A stretch of 62,820 bases of DNA from positions 1-62,820 of the forward strand of contig CALVNN010000004.1 in the NCBI GenBank assembly GCA_944349765.1, given 5' to 3'. Numbering within the stretch: the first letter of the stretch is position 1; each line of letters starts with the position of its first letter. This stretch comes from an uncultured Clostridia bacterium. Its GTDB lineage: Bacteria > Bacillota > Clostridia > Christensenellales > UBA1242. Shown piece by piece: positions 35,476-43,818 of this stretch. The notes under the pieces are model-generated. The model was given only the letters and a program-made list of their open reading frames with translations. It was not told the DNA's origin and searched no databases. Made by a program: the position numbers and the translations under genes.

Positions 35476-36237
35476 ATGAATAAGATACAAAAAATACAAG
35501 AAATGTTTACTTTAGTTAGAGAAGGTGGTAGCTTAGTGGCGTGTTTTAAAAAATTGGCTTTAAAATGGGGAATGAGTGTAAATAGTGTTAGAAATTTTTA
35601 TTATACTGAATATAATAATTTAAAAAATTCCGATTATGCGAAAATGGTTGGCGTAGACATAACTGGGATTAAAAAAATGCAATTTAAACTTTTTAGTGAT
35701 GAAGATAAGGAAGAATTAATTAAAGAAATTTTAAATTTGCTTAGTCAAGGAGAATCTGTAAGAGGAGCGTGTCTTATGCTTAGTGGTGGGGATGCAAATA
35801 AAATGATTAGACTACAAAATAAATATAGAGCTATATTAAAAAGTGAACCTGAATATATTGAAAAAATAGCAAATAAATATAATATAAGTTTGAAAGAAAA
35901 AACTGAAAGCAATGTAGTAAAAATTAGGCCGCAAAAACCACGCCTTACCGATAATGAAATAAATAGCCTTTTTATGGGATTAGTAAGATTAATAAAAAGC
36001 AATAGTATATCAGAGGTAAGTGAGGCTTTAAAAAAGGAGTGCAATATAGCACATAAGAATCTAAAAGAGACCAAAGAAGAATTAAAATTTGTGCAAGAGG
36101 AACTAGCTGAAGAAAAGCGTAAAAATAAAAAGCTGACTAGTGAATTAAATGCACTTTGTGACAACAACAAAATGAATGCTTTTAGAGAATATCTAAAGAC
36201 TTTGAGCACAAAAATAAAAAAAGAGGATGAAAAGTAG
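35476..36237 (+). CDS. RsfA-like (Myb/SANT-type) transcription regulator with C-terminal coiled coil
   Basis: LVREGGSLVACFKKLALKWGMSVNSVRNFYYTEY resembles the RsfA core IREGGTQLSAFEEVG..L.RT..AC.FRWN..VR. There is a second degenerate copy (SQGESVRGACLMLSGGDANKMIRLQNKYRAIL). The length (253 aa) and C-terminal coiled coil match RsfA architecture. Confidence 0.45.
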   Translation: MNKIQKIQEMFTLVREGGSLVACFKKLALKWGMSVNSVRNFYYTEYNNLKNSDYAKMVGVDITGIKKMQFKLFSDEDKEELIKEILNLLSQGESVRGACLMLSGGDANKMIRLQNKYRAILKSEPEYIEKIANKYNISLKEKTESNVVKIRPQKPRLTDNEINSLFMGLVRLIKSNSISEVSEALKKECNIAHKNLKETKEELKFVQEELAEEKRKNKKLTSELNALCDNNKMNAFREYLKTLSTKIKKEDEK

Positions 36238-36367
36238 TTAAAATAGCAGGTTTTAAAAGCAAAAAACCTTAATTTACAAAAAATTTACTAAATAATATTG
36301 AAATATGCTCATATGAGTGATAACATATTCATATGTATATTTATATTAAAAAGGTAGGTTTATTGTT

Positions 36368-37180
36368 TTGAAAAAGATTGCTTTTATGTATGATTTTGAT
36401 GAAACATTGAGTAAAGGTGAGATGCAGTATAAGGAACTGTTTCAACGGTTAAATCAAGACCCCGAATCTTTTTGGGTGCATAATGATGAAAAATGCCTAG
36501 AAGAAAATAGTGACGTGGTACTTGGTTATATGTACAACTTTATGCAGCTAGCCAGAAAGAATAATGTAAGACTTAATCGTGAATTTCTTATAGATTGTGG
36601 ACGAAATATAACCTTTTTCAAAGGCGTAGAAGATTGGTTTGATAGAATAAATGAGTATGGACTCAAGAAAGGTTTTTTGATAGAGCACTACATCATAAGT
36701 TGTGGGATTAAAGAGATTATGGAAGGCTCTAGTATTGCTAGTAAATTCAAACGTATCTTTGCTAATTGTTATTCGTTTAATGACGAAGGTGAGGCTTACT
36801 GGCTATCCCAAATAGTAAATTTTACAACTAAAACTCAATATATATTTAGAATCAAGAAAGATCTGCTTGATAATTTATCAGATATTAAAGAGATCAATGT
36901 TAAGCGAAGCAAGGAAGAACAATTACCATATGCTAATATGATTTATTTCGGTGATGGTGATACAGATATTCCATGTATGAAAGTAGTTAAAGACAAGGGT
37001 GGACATAGTGTATGCGTATTTGACTCCGACCGTCCTAAAAAACGTCTAAACGCAATGAAAATCTTAACGGATGGTAGAGTAAATGCAGTTGCTGAGGCTG
37101 ATTATAGCGAAGGGTCAGCCCTTGATTTGTATGTGAAAAAAACTATTGATAAATTAGCTAAATTTTATGCAAAATCGTGA
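36368..37180 (+). CDS. HAD superfamily hydrolase (subfamily IB-like)
   Basis: TTG start after AAAGGTAGG. Motif I FMYDFDETL (DxDxT), motif II IISCG, motif IV YFGDGDTD. Confidence 0.7.
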   Translation: MKKIAFMYDFDETLSKGEMQYKELFQRLNQDPESFWVHNDEKCLEENSDVVLGYMYNFMQLARKNNVRLNREFLIDCGRNITFFKGVEDWFDRINEYGLKKGFLIEHYIISCGIKEIMEGSSIASKFKRIFANCYSFNDEGEAYWLSQIVNFTTKTQYIFRIKKDLLDNLSDIKEINVKRSKEEQLPYANMIYFGDGDTDIPCMKVVKDKGGHSVCVFDSDRPKKRLNAMKILTDGRVNAVAEADYSEGSALDLYVKKTIDKLAKFYAKS

Positions 37181-37226
37181 GACAAAATATGGCAAGAGCA
37201 AAATTATTGCTTTTGTCTTTTTTTTG
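37181..37226 (+). terminator. Intrinsic terminator after HAD gene
   Basis: Outer stem GACAAAA(37181-87)/TTTTGTC(37211-17), inner GCAA/TTGC, T-run 37218-25. Confidence 0.55.
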
Positions 37227-37265
37227 TGATAGAATAGCCTAAAATGGTAAGGATTAATACTAAAG

Positions 37266-40200
37266 ATGAAGTCAAAAATATTTTACGGGCCTTTTGAGCA
37301 AAGTATTAGGGAAAGGCTGTTTAAGGAAGTTAATAATAATTATGATAAATTTTCAAAACATATTGTTATAGTACCTGAAAGATTTACGCTTAACGCTGAA
37401 AGTATGTTGCTAGATGCTTTGGATGTTAAGAGTACTTTTAAATGTGAAGTTTTATCTATAAATAGACTTTGTCTTTTAGTTGGGGCTAGCCAAGACCTTA
37501 CTAAGCAAGAAGGTATTCTTATTATTTATAGACTACTTGTAGAACATCAGTCAAAATTAAAATTTTTTAATATTAATGATGGTAGAATGGGTTTTGCTGA
37601 AGAGATATATGAATCCATTATGCAGTTTAAAAGTAGTTTGGTCACACCTAGCGAGTTGAATACAAATGGTAGTGAGTTGCTTAAAGCTAAGCTTGAAGGT
37701 ATTAGTTTTATTTACAAAACATATGAAGACTATCTAGCTAAAAATGGTGTGTACGACGGTAGTAATAAGATAAATAGTCTGGTTGAGCAAATAAAAACTA
37801 ACAAATTTTTTGAAGATTGTGCAGTATATTTTGTAGGGTTTGAGAGTTTGACAGCACTTAATTTGCAAGTGCTGAATGCGTTTATTGTAAGGGGCTTACC
37901 TGTATTTTGTGGAGCATTATATGTGCAAGGTAGTCTTAATGAACACATTTATCTAAATGATTTGTATACTATTTACACAAATTTACTTGAAAGTGTTGAT
38001 TATGAAAGTATTTATGTACCAGCGGATTTGAGTGATACTTTTAAACATTTATTAGATAATGCTTACGCATATCATCCATTGTCTATTCCTTTACAAAATG
38101 AAATAAGTTTGTATAAATGTGAAGATGCCTTCAATGAAGTAGTGAGATTAAAACAACAAATACATAGTTTTATTCGTCAAGGTTATAGATACAAAGATAT
38201 TAATATTTTAGTTAGTGATGTTTCAAAGTATAATGACGTTGTGCGAGCTGTTTTTGATGATATACCTTATTATGTTGACACCACTACTTCTTTAGAAACA
38301 AGCGAAATTGCAAGATTCATATTAGCTATATTAGAAGCTGTGAATTTTGGCTATAGCTATGATGAGTGGTTTAGGATTATCAATAATTATTATTTAGGTC
38401 TTGATGAGTCGCAAAGATTAGAAGTAAATAATTATTTACACCTATATAGACCTAGCGGTCTTAAATGGTTGAAAGATGTAGAGCAAATAAAAGTTTTTGA
38501 TAAACTTACAGATGTATTTACAAGAATAAGAAATTGTGTATACGTGGATGATTATATTGATGTAATTAAGTTTACGCTTAATCAGTTTGATGTGGAGACT
38601 TTGACGCTTAATTTAATTAACGAAAAGGATGATTTATACGTACAAAAAATGTTAAAAAAATCCTTTCAAGTCATATCGTCAATGTTAGACACATTGCAAA
38701 AGGTTTGTTTGGGACTTAAAGTTAGTCTTGCTGATTTTATTACATTATTTAGTAGCGGACTTAAAGAGGCAAATATCAGTCTTGTTCCATTAGCAGTAGA
38801 TGCTGTGTTTATTGGGGATCAGTCATCGTATTTTTTAAGTAAGAGCATATTTTTTGTCTTAGGTGCAAAACTTGGAGATTTGCCAAACGAGCGAAATGAT
38901 TGTGGGATTTTAACCGATAGAGAACTTGATAACATTACAAGTCGCTATAAGATAGAGCCAAAGATAAGTGAACTAAATATGCGTAGCAAGGTCAAGATCT
39001 TGCAATTAATTGCTACAGCTCAAAGACTTGTCATAATGTATCCAAATATTAGCGGAGATAGCGTCAACAAACAAAGTCAGATATTAGATACCATATCAAA
39101 TTGTTTTTCAATAGACGGTAAAAAGCTAACTATTCTATCATTTGATGCTACCGAGCTTATTGAAGATGTGCTAGCTTTAGCAGAACAATTAGACGATAAG
39201 CAAGGTGTTATTTCATATGCTTTGGATGAATCAAAAGATAAATTAAAAGCAACAGTAAATGAACTTATAACTGAACTTGGATACCAAAATGAACTACTAA
39301 AATATTCACCAAAAGAGCGACCTGAGTATTTAAAGAGTAAAATGTTTTTTTCAAAAGGTTATACAAGTATAAGTGAGATAAAAGAATATTTTGATTGCCC
39401 ATATAAGCATTTTTTAAGTCGTGGGCTTAAGCTCAAAAAAGTCGACCCCTTAAAGATGCGAAATATTGATGTAGGTAATATCTTGCATAGGATAGCTGAG
39501 GTATATTGCAAATCACTAAAGACAAATATCAATAAAACAAAGATTTTGGAACAAGTGCTAGGTGAGTTTGAAGAGGTGATAAAGGTAACAAGTCCTATAA
39601 TTTTAAAAGGGCTTAAAAAAGAAGCTTTAAGGCTTATGGGTGCCATAGAAAACTATGTAGCTAGTAGTGATTATATGCCAACATTCTTTGAATATAATTT
39701 TCCTAATATGAAGCTTAATTTAGAGACAAAGTATGGACAACTTGAGGTGAGAGGAAAGATTGACCGCATAGATGTATGCAAAGACAGATTTTTACTAATA
39801 GACTATAAGACTAGCAATATGGAATTTGATAGTAAAGGCTTGTACTATGGTACTAAATTACAATTGCCTTTTTATAGTTATTTCTTTGATAAGAATACGG
39901 ATAAGCGTTTGAGCGGTTTTGCGTATTTTCCTATTGTGGACAATTTTGAGAGTGAAAAAGTAATAAATTATAAAATGAATGGCTTGTATGTAAACGATAT
40001 AGATGTAGTGTCCAGTCTGGATAAAAATTTGCATTTTGATGAAACCAACGAGAGTAAATTTTTTGATATAAAATACACGACATTCAAAACGACGCAGGCA
40101 AAATTAAGTAGTAATTGTTTAAAGCAGTCAACTTTAGATTGTCTATGTGAGTATGCCTATAAGGTGTGCGTTAAGGCTGTGGAAGAGATGATAGAGGGGT

Positions 40201-40358
40201 ATATAGCTATTTCCCCAAATGAGACCGAGCGAGTATGTGAGTTTTGCGATTATCAAGGGATATGTATGCGGGAACTTTGCGTCAAACCACGTAACGCTAG
40301 AAGTGTGGATTACGAAATTATAGAAGAACTTATAAAAGGAGATAAAGATGGCGTTTGA
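37266..40358 (+). CDS. addB: ATP-dependent helicase/deoxyribonuclease subunit B (AddB/RexB type)
   Basis: C-terminal PD-(D/E)xK nuclease (GKIDRIDV...LIDYKT). Fe-S cysteines CPYKHF ... CEFCDYQGIC. Overlaps addA by 11 nt. The N-terminal Walker A is degenerate (YGPFEQS). Confidence 0.85.
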   Translation: MKSKIFYGPFEQSIRERLFKEVNNNYDKFSKHIVIVPERFTLNAESMLLDALDVKSTFKCEVLSINRLCLLVGASQDLTKQEGILIIYRLLVEHQSKLKFFNINDGRMGFAEEIYESIMQFKSSLVTPSELNTNGSELLKAKLEGISFIYKTYEDYLAKNGVYDGSNKINSLVEQIKTNKFFEDCAVYFVGFESLTALNLQVLNAFIVRGLPVFCGALYVQGSLNEHIYLNDLYTIYTNLLESVDYESIYVPADLSDTFKHLLDNAYAYHPLSIPLQNEISLYKCEDAFNEVVRLKQQIHSFIRQGYRYKDINILVSDVSKYNDVVRAVFDDIPYYVDTTTSLETSEIARFILAILEAVNFGYSYDEWFRIINNYYLGLDESQRLEVNNYLHLYRPSGLKWLKDVEQIKVFDKLTDVFTRIRNCVYVDDYIDVIKFTLNQFDVETLTLNLINEKDDLYVQKMLKKSFQVISSMLDTLQKVCLGLKVSLADFITLFSSGLKEANISLVPLAVDAVFIGDQSSYFLSKSIFFVLGAKLGDLPNERNDCGILTDRELDNITSRYKIEPKISELNMRSKVKILQLIATAQRLVIMYPNISGDSVNKQSQILDTISNCFSIDGKKLTILSFDATELIEDVLALAEQLDDKQGVISYALDESKDKLKATVNELITELGYQNELLKYSPKERPEYLKSKMFFSKGYTSISEIKEYFDCPYKHFLSRGLKLKKVDPLKMRNIDVGNILHRIAEVYCKSLKTNINKTKILEQVLGEFEEVIKVTSPIILKGLKKEALRLMGAIENYVASSDYMPTFFEYNFPNMKLNLETKYGQLEVRGKIDRIDVCKDRFLLIDYKTSNMEFDSKGLYYGTKLQLPFYSYFFDKNTDKRLSGFAYFPIVDNFESEKVINYKMNGLYVNDIDVVSSLDKNLHFDETNESKFFDIKYTTFKTTQAKLSSNCLKQSTLDCLCEYAYKVCVKAVEEMIEGYIAISPNETERVCEFCDYQGICMRELCVKPRNARSVDYEIIEELIKGDKDGV

Positions 40359-43300
40359 ACCTACAGAGAACCAACGGAAGGTGATGGAAGCAGAAGGCAA
40401 TAACCAAATAGTGTCAGCTTCTGCTGGTAGTGGTAAGACTACGGTAATGGTTGAGCTAATAGCTGATAGAGTAGTTAGTAAGAAGCTAGATTTGGACAAA
40501 ATATTGCTCATAACATTTACTAATTCAGCGACAAATGATATGAAACTTAAATTAAGTAATAAATTAAGTGACATAATAAAGAATAATCCGTCTAGTTATT
40601 TGAAAAAACAATATGATAAAGTCTCTTTTTGCAAAATTTCTACTATAGACAAGTTATGTCAAGACATAGTCAAACAATATTTTTACGCGGTTGATGTCTC
40701 ACCAAATTTTAACGTACTATCAAAGGAAGATATGAAACTCATACGAGATAAGGCGTTTGATAAGACATTGAAAAGACATCTAGATGCTGGAGACGACAAA
40801 GTAATGGATTTGTCTTTAATGCTTCTAAAAAAGAGAAGTCAAGAGACGTTACAAAAATTGGTGTATGCTTGCTACGATTTTTTGAGCGTGCAGTCAAATG
40901 TAGATGCGTTTAGGCGTAAAGCGGAAGATTTGCTTCGTTTACCTATTGAACACAATCCAGTTGTGTTGAGTCTTAATGAAATGTTAAATAAAGCAAATAA
41001 CAAACTCATAAATGATTTGATGAAAATAGAGCCGTTTGCGTTTAACGAACAACTGAATGCGTTTATGACAAAAACTTTTGAGACTATAAAGACACTAGAG
41101 AATGTTTTTTGTCTTAAAGATTTTGTAGGTTTTCCGAAATGTCCTAAGCTTGATAAACAATACAAAGAACTTGAAAACGAAATTAATATAAGTCTAAAAG
41201 AGTATAATCAGTCAATTGAAGAATTAAAATCCGATCTTGTTGTCTTTGATGTAAAAGAGTTAACTAAGATTATCAGCTCTACTAGTGATATGATTTACAC
41301 CTTACTAGATTTTACTAGTGAATTTGAGCAAGAGTATATTGTATTAAAGCGAGAAAACAATTCCTATGAATTTAATGATATAGAACATTTTGCATTGCAA
41401 ATTTTGAATATTGATAAATTAAGGGATGATATTATAGAAAATATTGAGCAGATTTTTGTGGATGAATATCAAGATGTAAACGAATTGCAAGATTGTATAA
41501 TAGGTAAATTATCAAAAGGCGACAATTTGTTTATGGTAGGAGATATGAAGCAAAGTATTTATGGGTTTAGGCTATGTGCTCCTTATATATTTATAGATAA
41601 GTATTATAGATATCTAAATGGGGGTGGCGGTGAAGCACATAAATTAAATGACAATTTTCGCTCTAATCCTAAGATACTGAAATTTGTCAATGATATATTC
41701 AATATTGCTATGACTAAAGAAAATGGTGGGATAGATTATCTTAACGATGGTGCTTTTACAATAAAAGATAGTGAAATGAACGAGATCTTAAAACCTGTTA
41801 ATATACATTTAATAAATAATAAAAGAGAAAAACTATCACCACCATCTGATATATATAGTGTCGCTAATCAAAAAGATAACTTGGTGGTAAAGTCCCATGA
41901 AGAAGAAGGTAATGAAATATTAAGCATTGTTTTAGAATTATTAAATAGTAAGATCTATGATAAATCATTAAATTCGCTTAGGAAAGTTACTTATTCAGAT
42001 ATAGCTATATTATTTAGGTATAGAAGCAACCTTTATGATTATGTCGGACAAAAATTGGCTTACTTAGGTGTGCCTACTACAATGGATTTTAAAATAGACA
42101 TATTTGACTCGTTTATAGCTAAGTTTATAAATAGTGCACTTCGACTTGTCCTTGCCTTTAATGATGATATAAGTTTAGCCACTGTTATGAGATTTGACGG
42201 GTTTGATTTTACTGATGATGAGCTTTCTCAAATAAGACTTTCTACCCAAAAAGAATTTTTTTATGAATCAGTGCTTGCTTATCAAGGTGAGTTAAAATCG
42301 AGAATTGATGCTATGATAGATTTCTTTGAAGATTTAAGAAAAAAATCTACCTATCTAAAGGTTAGTGAATTGATTAATGAGATAGATGGTTTTATTGGGC
42401 TACAAAATATTTTACTATCAAAAAGTATGGGGGCAAATTTGCTCATTACTTATAGACGCTTTGTGGATTATGTTTCTAGTCTTCAGTACAATTCAAATTT
42501 GGTGGAGTACTTACTATATGTACAAAAGTTGAATGAATCAAAAGAAGCGGTTGTGGCAGTGGGTGGCGGTGACGCTATCACAATCAGTACCATCCATAGT
42601 AGTAAAGGCTTGGAATATCCTATAGTCATTTTGGGTGATGCTGGTACTTCATTTAAAGACAAATCAAGAGCCGAGCCTATCATCTTTCATCGAGAAGGTG
42701 TAGGAACATATTATTTTGATTTGGAAAATAATTTTAAAATGCCATCTCTGACTTATAATTATTTGGCAAAATGCAAACGCAAAGACGAATTGAATGAAGA
42801 ACTTAGACTTCTGTATGTAGCACTTACTAGACCAAAAAACATTTTGTATATTACAGCTAGTGTCAACTTGGACAATCTTCAAAAAGAAGGGGCTTTAAAG
42901 ACTCAATCTTATATACGCTATATTTTAGATGGTGTAGATAAGAACAAAATAAATTCTTTTATTACGTCTGGAGAATACGAAGATGAGGATATGTGTATAC
43001 GTATATCAAGTGAAAAACCATTAGCTAAACTTAAGAAAAAGGCGGAAAATATTAACGAAGAATTAAAAGACTTGATGATTGAACGTATTAATTTTAAATA
43101 TGAACATATGTCGAGTAATATTAGTTATAAGACGTCGGTTACTGAACTTTCAAGTATAGATTCACCACATACGTATTCTACCAAAATGGATAGACTACTT
43201 ATAAGTGATGACGAGATAGAAGTAAATGAGTTAGGGACTCTTTATCATAAAGTATTTGAACTTGTTGATTATTTAAAAGCGGACTCTAGTGAAGACATAA

Positions 43301-43710
43301 CTGCTCAAATGAAACAATTAGGATTTAGTGAAGAAGAAATTGAGCTTATAGATATAAACTTAATACTCAATATAAAAAAGCAACTTGGAATTTTTGGCGA
43401 TAATTTAACACTTGAGAAGGAGAAAAGATTTTTATATAAAGCTCCTTATAGTACTTTAGTGGAAGACACTGATATTGAAGACGAAGTATTACTGCAAGGT
43501 GTCATTGATTTAATAATTACAGATAAAAATGGTTATAAATACATTGTAGACTATAAATTAACCTCTGTGAATGACGAAAATATTGTAGTAGATAGATATA
43601 AAAAACAACTACAAATTTATTCAAAGAGTTTGCAGTCGGCGTTAGATATGCCTGTGAAAGGTGCTTATCTATATCTAATAAGGCAAGGCAGGTTAGTTAA
43701 GGTATTTTAA
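40348..43710 (+). CDS. addA: ATP-dependent helicase/nuclease subunit A (UvrD-like helicase + RecB-type nuclease)
   Basis: SASAGSGKTTVM Walker A, DEYQDVN, TIHSSKGLEYP, VALTRPK, and C-terminal nuclease GVIDLII...IVDYKLT. Confidence 0.92.
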   Translation: MAFEPTENQRKVMEAEGNNQIVSASAGSGKTTVMVELIADRVVSKKLDLDKILLITFTNSATNDMKLKLSNKLSDIIKNNPSSYLKKQYDKVSFCKISTIDKLCQDIVKQYFYAVDVSPNFNVLSKEDMKLIRDKAFDKTLKRHLDAGDDKVMDLSLMLLKKRSQETLQKLVYACYDFLSVQSNVDAFRRKAEDLLRLPIEHNPVVLSLNEMLNKANNKLINDLMKIEPFAFNEQLNAFMTKTFETIKTLENVFCLKDFVGFPKCPKLDKQYKELENEINISLKEYNQSIEELKSDLVVFDVKELTKIISSTSDMIYTLLDFTSEFEQEYIVLKRENNSYEFNDIEHFALQILNIDKLRDDIIENIEQIFVDEYQDVNELQDCIIGKLSKGDNLFMVGDMKQSIYGFRLCAPYIFIDKYYRYLNGGGGEAHKLNDNFRSNPKILKFVNDIFNIAMTKENGGIDYLNDGAFTIKDSEMNEILKPVNIHLINNKREKLSPPSDIYSVANQKDNLVVKSHEEEGNEILSIVLELLNSKIYDKSLNSLRKVTYSDIAILFRYRSNLYDYVGQKLAYLGVPTTMDFKIDIFDSFIAKFINSALRLVLAFNDDISLATVMRFDGFDFTDDELSQIRLSTQKEFFYESVLAYQGELKSRIDAMIDFFEDLRKKSTYLKVSELINEIDGFIGLQNILLSKSMGANLLITYRRFVDYVSSLQYNSNLVEYLLYVQKLNESKEAVVAVGGGDAITISTIHSSKGLEYPIVILGDAGTSFKDKSRAEPIIFHREGVGTYYFDLENNFKMPSLTYNYLAKCKRKDELNEELRLLYVALTRPKNILYITASVNLDNLQKEGALKTQSYIRYILDGVDKNKINSFITSGEYEDEDMCIRISSEKPLAKLKKKAENINEELKDLMIERINFKYEHMSSNISYKTSVTELSSIDSPHTYSTKMDRLLISDDEIEVNELGTLYHKVFELVDYLKADSSEDITAQMKQLGFSEEEIELIDINLILNIKKQLGIFGDNLTLEKEKRFLYKAPYSTLVEDTDIEDEVLLQGVIDLIITDKNGYKYIVDYKLTSVNDENIVVDRYKKQLQIYSKSLQSALDMPVKGAYLYLIRQGRLVKVF

Positions 43711-43750
43711 AAAAATTTTACAATAAAATACAAAAACTTTTACAAAACGT

Positions 43751-43779
43751 TTGTAAGTTTAATTTTATTGTGTTATACT
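43751..43779 (+). promoter_or_regulatory. Sigma-A promoter overlapped by a 7-3-7 palindrome
   Basis: TTGTAA(43751-56), 17-nt spacer, TATACT(43774-79) preceded by TGt. The palindrome TTACAAAacgTTTGTAA (43740-56) overlaps the -35. Confidence 0.5.
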
Positions 43780-43818
43780 AACACAGAATGTTAATACTTT
43801 TTTATAAGGAGTTTGTAT

